A DNA stretch of 64,000 nt from Octopus vulgaris (GCA_951406725.2 OX597817.1:112902001-112966000), one strand, 5' to 3'; shown: positions 13,498-34,960, numbered from the stretch's first letter. Notes: a model not told the origin generated them from the sequence alone. Numbers and translations: made by a program.

Positions 13498-16400
13498 TGC
13501 TGTGAGTTGCACCAAAGATCTAAAGTAGTTGTGCGCGTGAAGAATAGTGTAATAACAGTACAGAGAGCAGTAACAAGTGTCCGCCTCTCTTCTTTGCAGT
13601 CTATGATAAAGATTACCACTGCTTACTGAAGAATATTATCACATTCCCACCTCCACCTGGGTTTTAGACATAATGGCAGTCTATCCTTAATGGAGAAAAC
13701 AGCCGTTCCAGTTCTTGGTTGGTCATTCACAGATTTTTTTCCCTTCTACTCTTTGATATGTGGCTAATTCTTTCTTTCTAGTTTCACTCTAATCTTTTCG
13801 TATTGTGCTTGTTTTATCGCTTTTCGTCTTTTTTTCAATTTTTTTAAAAATAAATTTTAAATCTCATCCTTCTTCCGCCATTTCTTCTTCTCTTCGATTC
13901 AATATCTTAAACTGTTTTTCAAATATCACTTACTAATCGAAGAATGGCTACAAAAACAGGGTCCAATCTCCAAAGTAATATATTTCATATTGTGATCCCC
14001 GATTTCCTTGTCATCCATAACTTACGTATTACAGCATCTCTCTCTACTCTGTCTCTTCTTTTCTATTATTTCCCCAACCAATTTTCAGCAATTAATGCTC
14101 ATTATAAATTGTTAATGACAATCTTAAATAGCAAACGAGTGATGATGTATTTACTTCTATTTACTTCGTTTCCCTTAATTCTAGCTGCAGTAACTACCCA
14201 CTATATTTCGCGTTTGTATCTAAACTATATAAATCGTAGGCTTCCACTTATTTATTAACGTCTTTTAAAAGTGTGAAGAAATAAAAATGCTGCAGCTGTC
14301 GAAGAATGATGCCAAGCAAACATACCTTGCAAACTTGCTTTATTAGCTTTAATCTCATTAATCTATGTTACTGAAAATCTCTCTCTCTTCAGTTTATCTA
14401 CCACATCAAAACATAAACACCTTTCTGTATACATATAAACATATGTATATTAGATAATTTGTTGTTTTTGAATCTGATCATATGGGAAGAGATAAAGAGA
14501 GCGATCACAATATCTTCTATCTTCTCTTGCTCTTAATTGAATGGGGGAGGGGAACAGAATGTTATATCCATGGTAACCTTTTCTACATTGTCCATATACA
14601 CTTATTTTAGGTTCTTTGGGTTTTTTGTTTTGTTTCGTTTTTCTGCATTTGCATCAAATTTAAAAAAAAAAGAATTATGTATTATAACTGACGAGCACTA
14701 TTGGGAAAAAGATAAGTACCCAGTATATCGATTCTGTGAGCCGGTTTCGATTCTCGATGAAGTGGTTGCACTGCACTTAGTTGTGTCGTCACAACTCTCC
14801 ACTTGGTTTTCCCTTAAAGAGTCTTGGACCGAAATCACTTATAATAGTGGATAAAGTGTAAGTTCCCAATTTACTGAGGCGACAACCCGACTTTGGTTCA
14901 AAGTTCGAATCACTACCTCATTAATATTTTTTTTTAAAGAATAGGACGTCTCCACCCTTATAGTCTCACCTGTAATTTTGGAACTTCGTGGTAGAAACAG
15001 TATAGTATTGGATTGCATACTTTCAGCGTTTAGATACATTCTTTTATGTCCCGAGTTCAAATCCCGCTGGAGTAGTGGTATTGGTTTAATCGATTTTATT
15101 CTTTCCATATAGATTTGTGGCCTTGTGCCAAAATTATCAGCCGTTAGTATGACAGGCATGGTTGCGTACCCCTAGTAAATGCTTGCTGGTGTTTAGTTTC
15201 ATTATTCAAAGTTTGAATTCAGTTCTTACTGGGATTAACTTTCGCTTTCATTCGTCTGAAATTAATGAAATAAAATACTAGGCAACTCTTGGAAGGCATT
15301 CAATCGAATATACAAGTGTTGCATTGTCTCATAGTAAGAACTCATAATTTCTGAATCGGGGCAAGTGTTGATAGTACACACAGTAGAGGGTTTTATAGTG
15401 TTCTGTTAGTAGATAATTTATTTGGAGGAATGAAAAGGTAAAGTGACCCCCTCAGGGATCTGAACCAGCTATAAGGAAAGTAAATCATCCAGTTCCACTC
15501 TGTAACTGTCCTTCTTTACAGATATGTCTTGTGACTAGGCAATAGAAATCATTACTATTTACCTATTGGGAATTTATATTCATCTATTGGTGATTGATTA
15601 TTGAAGAATAACTCATCATTCATATCTCATTAGTCTTTCCAGTAGCTTCTCTTTGCTAAGGAGCACCATAAAGGTATGTAAGTAGATCACGTCAAAAAAC
15701 CTTCCAAAAATGTCTCGCTTCCAATTTAGGGTTGTTTACTCATGACTAAAAGGAACAACAGGTCTGACCAACCCTACTATAAGTGTCAGGAGGTTCTTTC
15801 CTGTGAATAGCAATAGGATATATGAGTATAAGTCTGTACGAAGCGCGAGATTATATGTGATGTATACGTACAACACAGGTGAGTATATATTGAAAACACG
15901 CATACACACATTATTAATGCTTATTAATGAGTTAGGATATTTCAAAGAACGACTGCTTTATTTCATCTCTATATCTTTTCCTTAAATGATACCGATATTG
16001 TAAATGAAGAAGAAAAAAACAAAAACCATGCTGCCCTTTTTTTTTTCTTCCACAAATTCGCTAAAGAAGCAGGTGTATCCGCTACGGAACATTCTTCCTT
16101 CATTAAATAAACAAACCATTTTGTAAGAGATGAAGAAAAGGTGTGCTGTTCATTATTCGCTTCTTAATTCTTATTCAGTTCGCAGTAAACCTTTTGTTCG
16201 TTTTTATCTATTTATCCCCGCTCGAAAATTGTCTGGAAAGATTTTATATTGGTTTATCGAATTCTCCAGAAAACGTCACTTTTTACCCAACTGTTCGTCG
16301 GTCCATAAATCCAGATGACGAAATGTTAACATCTATTTTCTGTTTATAATTTTCTTTTAATGTATTCATTTTTTTACTGTTATAACTATTATTAAGCTTA

Positions 16401-18761
16401 GATAGTATGTCGACAGTTCAGTCGATACCCAGGCGAAGTAATGACAGTATGTATGCATTCAGTATTGAAAACATTACAAATCTTTCACTTTCTTTAATGA
16501 AAATAGTTTGTATGAAGCAGTGAAAGTTTAAGTGTTGTACTTTTTCGATTTATCTCAAAGTTTTGAATTCGGTCCACAAATATTAGTGTATACATACATG
16601 TTTCTATGTGGAATGGCATTTTCATCCTTAAAAATGAAGCAACAGCTTTTCAAATCTTACAGAATCGTTCTTTCAGGATTTTGTATTAGTTGTATAATGA
16701 AAGAACGTTTTCTCAATATTTTCAATACAAAGAATGACCAGGTACATAAATATATTTCGCTCTTATTTAAAGCTTTCACTTAAAGCTTATTTAAAGCTTG
16801 CATTTACATTTTCATCCTCAGGAACTGAATCCCAGTATTTCATTTTTCCAGAAATTAAAACAGTACAATATTTATAGGCTTTCATAATTGAATACACATT
16901 ACATGAATTATTTTGCACCCGAATGATTTATTTATAAAGAAGAAATTATTTTGTTCCAGCACTGAGACAACAAAATACTTCGTAGTTTTGTTCTTGATTT
17001 CGAATTCACATTCCTCTGGGGGTATATAAATTAAATATCAGTAAGAGTTCAGTAGATTATAAATCAACTACCGAAGTCGATCTTGTGTCGTTGTAAGAAA
17101 TCGTTACGCTTTGAGAGATATAGAATGGAAAAGATGGGCTACTGGAAAACTTTTTTTTTTTTTTTTTTTTGCTTTTTAAAGATTATAAGAATGGCTAGGC
17201 TTGTCTTCGATCCGAGTGACTGAACTGATCCTTCAGTTTAGGTTTATATGGAAGATTCACTCATTCACACGAATTTTAAGAAGTATACTGCCCAACGTTA
17301 GAGTGTTTTTTTTTCCTTTTCTAAATAGTTTATTACATCATTTATTATTATACCATTCATTCATTCATAGCTATCCATCTACTTAATTGTAATATATGCA
17401 TTATTTCATGTGCATATTCAATGAAATAAATTATATTTTAAATATTTACATCACTCATTATTATGATTCTTTACTTGTTGGAGATGGCTGAGATTATTGT
17501 GTCGGACAAATTTTAGCTCCAGTATCAATTTCTAATTGATGCTACTCATCTTCTTTTTTGTCACTAATATTCTTTCCAAACGTTTACTTTCCAATCTCCC
17601 ACTCTCCTTTGAAAAAAAAAAAAAAAAAAGCAAACTAATTTTTTGTAATTTCTCCCCTCTCGATTTTGAGTTCGAACTGTGCCGGTGGTTTTCAATCTCT
17701 TGATTATTATTATTATACTCGAAATTTGATCTTCTACATATTTGAAAGAAAGAATTCACAAATATCATTCCATAAGTTTTTCCCTACCCTCCTGCTTTTC
17801 TGGAAATCATATATATATATATATATATATATATGCATTTGATTAATATGTATAACCTTCCTCACACTGGAAGCAGAGAAATTGTAACGATTTTGTTAAT
17901 TCATTATATTAAAGAAAAAAGGTGAGTTATTATTGTCATTATTATTATATATTAATATTAAAAATCATATTGATATCAGGTTTCGTCAAAGGGTCTTGCG
18001 AAATCAATCTCGATAAATTTGGTCACATGAGTTTATATATTTTGATTACGTCTTACAATTTAATTGAGATTCTGTTTCCTGTCAGTCAGTTTTACTCACT
18101 TGTCAGCTTTTGGGATTTTGCTGAATGATTTCTTAAAAAAAAATTTCTCTTTTCTTTGTGTGTGTAATAAATTTTTTTGGTAAATTATACAAGGCACCTG
18201 GAAATTTACATCGGAATTGATGAAATACCTCGTATTCTTTGCTGTCTCTTTTAATAACTGCTGTCATCATTGTATTCGTGATCATCATCATTACTATCGT
18301 AGTCACTTCAGCGTCCACTCCTTCCTCTTTCTTTCTCAGTTTCAAAAGAGAACGATCATGATAATGATAATAATAATTATAATAATGATAATAACAGGAT
18401 TTTATTATTTGCCACAAGGGCCTCGAATGAGGTTACAAAGAGGAAACAAAAACCACAAGATGACAATTTCTCAACATTGTCACAAAGCTACACATTCTGG
18501 GAACGGGTATAAGTCAGCTGAATCGATTTCTAGTACATATATATAATTGTTGCTTCTTTTATCTACCCATGATTGTTGAAAGTCAATCCTGGAGTGATTT
18601 GAATTGGAAACGTAAAGGGACGTAACAAAATGCCAAATATTAATTTATAACGTAGGCAGAATGTCATAAATTATAAGGGAAGGGTATAATCGATGAAATC
18701 GATCCATGTATTTGACTGGTATCGAAAAGAACGAATCAGAAATGATGTTGTTATCGTCATT

Positions 18762-20018
18762 AAGGTGACTTAGCTGGCAAAATCGTTGGCATGCCGGGCA
18801 AAATGCTGGGCGGCATTTCGTCCGTCTTTACGTTCTGAGTTCAAATTCCGTCGGGGGTCGACTTTGCTTGTCATCCTTTCAGGTTCGATAAAATAAGTAC
18901 CAGTTGAACACTGGAGTCGATATAATCGATTTAGCCCTTCCCCAAAGCTGCTGAGCTTGTGCCAAAATTTGAAACCATTATTACTAGGTGGTGGGCTGGC
19001 AGAATTGTCAGTGTACCGCTCAAAATGTTCAATGCTATTTTGCCCGTCTCTATGTTCTGAGGTCAAATTTGCCTTTTATTCTTTTGAGGTCGATAAATTA
19101 AGTATCAGTGAAAAACTGGAGTCGATGTAATCGATTAGTCCCCTTCCACCAAAATTTCAGGCCTTGTGCCTTTAGTAGAAATGATTATTATTATTATTAT
19201 TATTAAGGAGGCAAGCTGGCAAAGTTGTTAGCACACTTGACAGAATGCTTAGCAACATTCCTTCTAGCTTTATGCTTTCTAAGTTCAAATTTCGCCATGG
19301 CCAACTTTGCCTTTCATGTTTTCAGGATCATAATCGATTAGCCACCCTCCCACAAACTTCCAGCCTTTGTGCCTATAGTAGAAATAATTGTTAGTGGTGT
19401 TTAGTGGGGCTTTTTTGTGGCTCTTTACATTCTGAGTTCAAATCTTGTTGGGGTCAGCATTGCCTTTCATTCTTTCAGGAGTCAGTAAAATAAAGTACCA
19501 GTCAAATAAGTGGAGTGTATTAATTGACTATCTCACTCTTCGAAAATTATTGGCCTTATGCCAAAATTTGAAACCAATATCATAAAGTGGAAGCTGGTAG
19601 AATCACTAGCACATTTGATAAGATGTTTTGCAGCATTTCTTCTGGCTCAGTGTTCCGAGTTAAAATTTTGCTGAGGTGAGCTTTCCCTGTCATTGTTTTG
19701 GGGTCTATAAAGTAAGTACCAGTTAAGCATTAGAGTCAATGTAATTGACTTACCTCTACCTCAAAATTGTTGGTCTTCTGCCAAGATTATTTGATATTTA
19801 AAGGTGGTGAGCTGATAGAGTCATTAACATGCTGGATAAAATGCTTAGCGGCTTTTCATGTCTTTCTGTTCCGAGTTCAAATTCCACAGAGGTCAACTTT
19901 GCTGTTCGTCTTTTCTGGATTAATAAATTAAGTACCAGTTGAGCACTTGGGTCAGTGTAATTGACTAATCCACTCCCCACAAAATCTCAGGCCTTGTGCC
20001 TTTAGCAGAAAGGATTAT
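18762..20018 (+). mobile_element. Head-to-tail cluster of ~6 diverged copies of a ~220 bp tRNA-derived SINE (Nin/Deu-domain-like)
   Basis: Repeated AGCTGGCAGAA..TTCTGAGTTCAAAT..GCCTTTCATCCTTTC..GATAAAATAAGTACCAGT..CTTGTGCC..(ATT)n units starting near 18762, 18986, 19205, 19420, 19585 and 19800. Confidence 0.85.
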
Positions 20019-20108
20019 TTGGCATTTAGTTTTAATCGTAGTGTGAATTGAAATCTCCAAACAATGATAAATATTATGTTTGTGTTTTGTTTGCAAGATT
20101 CTTGATAT

Positions 20109-20530
20109 AGTTAGTTAGTTAGTTAATTTGGCTCAAAAGCAAATAGCAAGGCCATGTAGGGGGACATGGAGTTAAGTACAGGGTGGTGTTCATGTAAAGA
20201 GTTCAGGCCACTTGAGGTCCAGGGAGGCTTTGAACAAAGCGGTCGTCGGCATCTTCACCATCTCGTCTGGCAGCTTGTTCCATGGATCCGCAACCCGGAT
20301 GGAGAAAGCTCCTCTCCTTCGATTGAGATGAAATCGTTGCAGGTAGAGCTTTTCGGAATGACCCCGCAGCCGACGCTCCGGAGCAGGAGTGAAGAACAGC
20401 TCTTTCGAGAGGTTACACTTCCCGCTTATGATGTTGTGGGCAAGAATGAGATCACCACGGCGGCGGCGTTTTTCAAGAGAATAAAGGTCGAGCGTCCTCA
20501 GCCTTTCTTCGTAGGACAAATTTTTGAGAC
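20109..20530 (-). mobile_element. CR1-clade LINE 3' fragment (ORF2 C-terminus, 3'UTR, (AACT)n tail)
   Basis: SYEERLRTLDLYSLEKRRRRGDLI..LRGHSEKL..FSIRVADPWNKLP is a typical CR1 C-terminus; tail at 20109-20124. Confidence 0.9.
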
Positions 20531-21230
20531 CATGAAACAGATTTTATTGTCTCTTGGGAAAGTCATTGTGCCAATAATAAACACACACATGCTGCTTCAA
20601 CTTCACTTTGTTATTGTTCATCAATTGTTTAGCTATTTAACCAATGAACTAATCAATTGTTTGATTAATCATTCATTTAATCACTCAATCATTTAATCAA
20701 GGCAGACTGGTAGCAGAGAAGGCATGTCATTAAAGGTTCTGTGAATGGCAACAAAAGAATTTTGGCAAACACAACTGATTCATTGTTTTACTGAATAATT
20801 AATCAAAAAATCAATTAGTCAGTTAGGTAGCTATTTAACCAACAGATGAATAAGAAAGAAGTGAAATTGAATCAGTGCATGTGTTTATTAGCATAATGAT
20901 CCTCTTGAGATACAAAATAATAGATATAATTTTCATTAGTTTCCAAAATATGTGGCAATGTGCTTATGTTGCAAATCATTTATCTTTCCACTATTATGAT
21001 TTTGAAGTGATTCCTTTGGCATCCAGCAAGTGCTAGATTTCAAATATCACTAAGATCAATTTAGTCTTTTTATCTCTGTGGTTCTATATTTGTTGGTAAA
21101 TGAAGGAAACATTATAATACTGCACATCTTCCATGTAATGCCATCTGTTTTAAGAAATAAGTGCTCTTGGGCCAAGTTAAAAGATATCTTTATTACTGCT
21201 GGTAATAACCAGCATTTATTTTGTGAATGC

Positions 21231-21232
<2 letters not shown>

Positions 21233-21287
<55 letters not shown>

Positions 21288-21411
21288 TATATAAATTTTA
21301 CACATATATGTATATATATATATACATATATATATATGTGTGTGTGTGAATAAATAAATATATGTGTATATATATGTGTGTGTGTATATATATATCTGTA
21401 TACAGATATAC

Positions 21412-21447
<36 letters not shown>

Positions 21448-21498
21448 CTATATATATATGTATATATAATTATATATATATATGAGTGTATATATATA

Positions 21499-21540
<42 letters not shown>
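21233..21540. repeat. (TA)n/(TG)n compound microsatellite
   Basis: Direct sequence. Confidence 0.95.
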
Positions 21541-21541
<1 letters not shown>

Positions 21542-22088
21542 ATAAAAAATGCATGTGGTTGAGATGAGAAGATAAATGGGATTCTTTGTAGTATATATGG
21601 GCAAATGTATGTATATGGCCCAGTGAATAGGATGCTTGTATGGGTATCTATAAATATTTGTGTGTATATGCTGTGACATATTGTACTGAAGATAACATGT
21701 TTTCATAACATTAAAATTTCAAATCATTCCATATACAATTAATCTAAATGTCTTCCTTATTTTTTTGATCTGCCTCATTACATGGGGTAATGGAGCAGTG
21801 AGGTGGTTTTTGGAGAAATTTCATGTCTATTTATAGTGTTGGGGTGTAGTAAATCTGCACCCTTTAATTTAATTATCGATATAATTACAAACTTAGTATA
21901 AAATGTTACCTACAAGGTTTTTATTTCACGCTTGCCACATAATGAAATCTTTAAAGTGATTTTATCCTTAATTCTATATAAAGAAAAAATATGTATATGT
22001 GTGAGTATGTGTGTGTCTTTGTGTACATATATGTGTATATGTATACTTATATGTGTATATATACATATATGTATACATATATATATGT

Positions 22089-22132
22089 ATGGCCACAGCT
22101 CATAAGCTGAAACTAGAATCAATCAATCAATC
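22089..22132 (+). mobile_element. Extremely 5'-truncated copy of the 26941 LINE (3' terminus only)
   Basis: ATGGCCACAGCTCATAAGCTGAAACTAGAATCAATCAATC matches 28646-28690; flanked by (TA)n. Confidence 0.85.
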
Positions 22133-22165
22133 ATATATATATATATATATATGTGTGTATATATA

Positions 22166-22742
22166 TCATCATCATCATTTAACGTCCGTTTTCCATGCTA
22201 GCACGGGTTCGACGGTTCAACCAGAATTTGGGAAGCCAGGAGGCTGCACCAGGCTCCAGTCTGATCTGGCAGTGTTTCTACAGTTGGATGCCCTTCCTAA
22301 TGCCAACCACTCCGTGAGTGTAGTGGGTGCTTTTTAGATGTCACCAGCACAGGTGCCAGGGGAGGCTGGCAGCGGTCATGATTGGTTGGTGCTTTTTACG
22401 TCCCACCGGCACAGAAACCAGTCAAGGCGGTGCTGGCATCGACCATGTTCGGATGGTGCTTTTTACGTGCCACCGGCACATGTATCACAACTACAGTTTC
22501 CATTTGATATTTATTTTGATGTTGATGTACTTGACTCAATAGGTCTTCTCAAGCACAGCAGGTCATGTGCCACCGGCACAGAAGCCAGTCAAGGTGGCAC
22601 TATCATCATCATCATCATCATCGTTTAGCGTCCGCTTTCCATGCTGGCATGGGTTGGTGCAACTGGGGTCTGGGAAGCCAGAAGGCTGCACCAGGCCCAG
22701 TCTGATTTGGCAATGTTTCTACAGCTGGATCCCTTCCTAACG
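22166..22742 (-). mobile_element. Two RTE-type 3' termini with (GAT)n tails
   Basis: (TCA)n-TTTAACGTCCG..TTCCATGCT at 22166 and 22602; subrepeats GGTGCTTTTTACGTGCCACCGGCAC. Confidence 0.75.
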
Positions 22743-22904
22743 CCAGAGAGAGAGACACACAGAGAGGTTATAAGAGGTAATGGTGTCACTGAGACCCAAA
22801 GGTATCATGTAATGCTGAATAAGTGCTATAGACAGACCTTAGTTAAGTTCCAGGTTCAGTAATTTAGTGAATAAGGGGTTCAACGTTGGTCATATGTCAG
22901 CGTG

Positions 22905-23099
22905 TATATATAAGAATTTTTTGCGTAATGAGATAAAACCAAGGCTGTGTAGATATTAAAACATTTATAAATAGATTGTCTTACAGCTGTTTCCAGGATA
23001 TTTATCAATTATATCCTGGAAACAGCTGTAAGACCTTCTATCTATAAATGTTCTAATATCTACACAGCCGTGGTTTTATCTCATTACACAAAAAATTCT

Positions 23100-23107
<8 letters not shown>
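22905..23107. mobile_element. Fold-back Penelope-like terminus (~97 bp arms, 9-nt loop) with two hammerhead 3' halves
   Basis: GTCTTACAGCTGTTTCCAGGATAT-ttatcaatt-ATATCCTGGAAACAGCTGTAAGAC; arms extend to (TA)n on both sides. Confidence 0.75.
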
Positions 23108-24077
<970 letters not shown>

Positions 24078-24268
24078 AACAAACACCATCCGATCATAAC
24101 AAACACCATCCGATCGTGGCCGTTCGCCAGCCTCATCTGGCACCTGTGTCGGTGGCACATAAAAACACCATCCGAAGACCCGGCAAGACTAGTCAGGCCA
24201 TAACCCGTGGCCTCTACCTGGGACGTAGTCAGTCCACCTGTGCATACCTTCCTTCTTGTGACACTTGT

Positions 24269-24302
<34 letters not shown>

Positions 24303-25310
24303 ATATATATAAAAACACCATCTGAAGACCCGGCAAGACTAGTCAGGCCATAACCCGTGGCCCCTACCTGGGACGTAGTCAGTCTGCCTGTGCATACCTT
24401 CCTTCTTGTGACACTTGTGAAGACCTGTTGAGGCAAGTGATCAAATCAAAACAAATCAAAATAGATGAACATCAATGGAATTTGTATCTTTGTGGTACCA
24501 GGGCCGGTGGCACACAAGATAACCATCCGAACATGGCCGTAGCCAGTACCGCATCGACTGGCCTCTGTGCTGTGGGCTCATAACAAACACCATCCGATCG
24601 TGGCCGTTCGCCAGCCGCATCTGGCACCTGTGTCGGTGGCACATAAAAACACCATCCGAAGACCCGGCAAGACTAGTCAGGCCATAACCCGTGGCCTCTA
24701 CCTTGGACGTAGTCAGTCCACCTGTGCATACCTTCCTTCTTGTGACACTTGTGAAGACCTGTTGAGACAAGTGATCAAATCAAATCAAATCAAATCAAAA
24801 TAGATGAACATCAATGGAATTTGTATCTTTGTGGTACCAGTGCCGGTGGCACACAAGAAAACCATCCGAACGTGGCCGTAGCCAGTACCGCATCGACTGG
24901 CCTCCGTGCTGTGGGCACGTAACAAACACCATCCATCCGGCACCTGTGTCGGAGACACATAAAAACATCATCCGAAGACCCGGCAAGACTAGTCAGGCCA
25001 TAACACGTGGCCCCTACCTGGGACGTTGTCAGTTCACCTGTGCATACCTTCCTTCCTTCTTGTGACACTTGTGAAGACCTTTTGAGGCAAGTGAAAATCA
25101 AATCAAATCCAATCAAAATAGATGAACATCAATGGAATTTGTATCTTTGTGGTACCAGTGTCGGTGGCACATAAAAACACCATCCGAGCGTGGCCGTTCG
25201 CCAGCCTCGTCTGGCACCTGTGTCGGTGGCACATAAAATCACCCACTACACTCTCGGAGTGGTTGGCGTTAGGAAGGGCATCCAGCTGTAGAAACACTGC
25301 CAGATCTGAC
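24078..25310 (+). repeat. Tandem array of an RTE 3'UTR-like ~320-335 bp unit
   Basis: GAAGACCCGGCAAGACTAGTCAGG at 24174, 24324, 24658 and 24974; ends in GGTTGGCGTTAGGAAGGGCATCCAGCTGTAGAAAC, shared with other RTE termini. Confidence 0.85.
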
Positions 25311-32257
<6,947 letters not shown>

Positions 32258-32259
32258 GA

Positions 32260-34523
32260 TGAAACAGAAGGATCAATAAATATATAGCAATACTTTATAT
32301 ATCAGCACCAACTATAGAAATGATAATCAAAATAATAGGATACCTAAAACACATACTATATATATATATGTCCAAAGCCTGAAGTTGTTCCTCCTGTGTA
32401 TATAGTGTAGAATATATATATCAATATATGCCCGGCACCTGGTCTATGTATACAGTATACATATATGTGTAATCTATAAATGTACCATATCCACGGAGAT
32501 ATAACAAATACTTTTACATATATATATAATATATATATATTTTAGCCAGAATATATATATATCACATCTCGATATATATATAATATACGTATATATATAT
32601 ACAATACACTTTCAAACAAATATCTGGGAACTCATATATAATATATAATATATATATATATATAACCTTAATGGGAAATATATATGGATATATATATATA
32701 TAGGGTTGGTTGTATATATGCTCCATAGACGTATGAAATTATGAAGCATAGAAAACATAGAAACTTATTTTGAATAACCATATCGAACTATGTCAAGTTT
32801 GTGTCCACGCTAAATTGAATTTAAAATATTTTAAATGATTAGAATATTCATAACTAGATAGATAGATATAACTTGACTTCGACAATCTTCTATGTATATA
32901 TATATATAAGTAGATAACTATAGTTCTCACACTATATATGTTATATATTTTATATATATATATATAACCTTATATATATGTATATATATCAGGGATATAT
33001 AATAGTATATATTGGCTAAACTAAAATATAGATTTATTATAATTATAGATAATATTTTTAAATATATAATTTAGATAAATATAGATAGATTAGATAATTT
33101 ATAATTTATAATTTTAGACATAAACATATATACACCCATACATATAAATTGATATATAATATATCTAACTATATATAACTAAATAAATACCTATATATAT
33201 ATAATATTATACATATATAATAACATTATCCCCTGGAACTATTATAATAGACATATAAATACTTAAATATACTTATTCATAAATTTGACACACCTATAAA
33301 AATAGAAAACGGACTCATTCTCAACAATTATGAACGGAGAATAAATTAAATAAGTAAATTTTAATGACTTTTTGATAAGTTTATACCTAGATTTTCCTAA
33401 TGTGTTTTCTGGTGATTTTAGCATCTGACCCTACCAACTAAACCTGACTGTGTTATCTCTTTAGATTCTCTTTATTCATAGCTGATTTCAACAGCAATAA
33501 ATTAGCTGTTTTACTGGTCAAAAATATATTCTCTTCTAGTTCCTAGATGCCTGTAAATTAATATACCAGACTTGCCGTATACTATATTCTTCTGTATAAT
33601 TAGAACCCTTTTTTTCTTATATATTTATTATTGAAAACATATCATTTACATATAAAGGTCTCCAAAAAAACCCACTATCTTTCATCTTTTCTGACAAATA
33701 AACAAAAATTATTTGGATTCTTTTATAAAACTACCTGTATATAGCTAAAACCTCCCTTTTTCTCTTATATTATGGATGATTCCTCTTTTTGCTGCTCCTC
33801 TATTATACTTATTCTTTATCTATTAACTATATGCCTTCATATAGATATATAAATATACAGCCTTTACAAATATAATGTGATTAGCAATTACCTCTATATA
33901 ACAAGTAATTACATATATCATATTATATACCTAAACAAAATTACTGGATGTATTACCTCATTGTGTAAATTGATAAACTATCCTTCTGAAATTTGAACGT
34001 CATCTTAATGCGCTACATCTGACAATGGAGATATGGAAATTGTAATTAATTGTATATATATTCACGGGCATAAAGGTTATAACACCTACTCAAATAATGT
34101 ATGAATAAGCAGGAATTGAAACCCACCTCGTTCGATATTAACAATGGATAAATTTGTCTTCTGTGAGTATGTAATCCTCATCATATCTCTGGAAATTCAA
34201 AAGTGTGCACTATGGATAAAATAGGTCACCTTCTCTGTGATGCTATTAAAACTTTTTTTAAAATTCTATGATAAGACCGTACATCATCTTTAATGATATT
34301 CCATATAATTTTGAGGAACTTCTAGATGAAATGTGGGTTATCGAATTAATTATCTACATTACTTACTATTGAGTATATATAGCACTAGGATGTCTAGAGA
34401 ACTCACATGTATTTTAGCTGATGAGTATTTATATATATATGCTGTAATTTTTGCAACTTTTAATAAAGGTGTCCTTGTATGAAACGATGGTACTAAAAAC
34501 CTATATTCTTGTTGCTTCTTTCT
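32260..34523 (+). mobile_element. Probable Penelope-like element body, heavily corrupted (possibly low-quality contig end)
   Basis: RT-like traces (TTCAAACAAATATCTGGG = FKQISG near 32611; AACCTTAATGGG), a weak GIY-YIG-like trace near 34015-34070, and a same-strand hammerhead at the 3' end. Confidence 0.4.
34412..34498 (+). ncRNA. Type I hammerhead ribozyme motif
   Basis: TTTTAG-CTGATGA-GTA...TAT-GAAAC-GATG-GTA-CTAAAA; perfect 6-bp helix I, weak helix II. Confidence 0.65.
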
Positions 34524-34623
34524 NNNNNNNNNNNNNNNNNNNNNNNNNNNNNNNNNNNNNNNNNNNNNNNNNNNNNNNNNNNNNNNNNNNNNNNNNNNNN
34601 NNNNNNNNNNNNNNNNNNNNNNN
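34524..34623. other. Assembly gap (100 N)
   Basis: Run of N. Confidence 1.
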
Positions 34624-34734
34624 TTTAATGTTTTTGTGATGTTATATTGAGTGTTCAGTGAAGGGAGGAATTGAAAGCATTTAATCACTTACCTTCACTT
34701 GCCCTAAAGTAAAAAGCAAAGTGAAGTTCTTTCC

Positions 34735-34960
34735 CAAGTTATAGACTCATAGGGCCAGTTTACATGGCATATATATTCCCCACCTAGACAGGATGCCAAT
34801 TCGTTGCAGGATTACTCATTTTTACCAGCTGAATGGACAGGAGCAATGTGAAATGAAGTGTTTTGCTCAAAAACACGTGTCACCCAGGGTGGGATTTGAA
34901 ACCACAATCTTATGATCATGAGTCTAACACCCTAGCCACTAAGCCATGTGCCTCCATGCA
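34735..34960 (-). mobile_element. tRNA-derived SINE (family of 53416)
   Basis: GATTTGAAACCACAATCTTATGATCATGAG..CACTAAGCCATGTGCCTCCA. Confidence 0.8.

Noticed and set aside
20166-20696. 176-aa plus-strand ORF
   Set aside because: Antisense of the CR1 fragment running into AT-rich repeat sequence
24415-24445. CTGTTGA-GGCAAGT-GA(AA) in the tandem unit as a possible ribozyme core
   Set aside because: Core A6 is replaced and no helix II pairing exists
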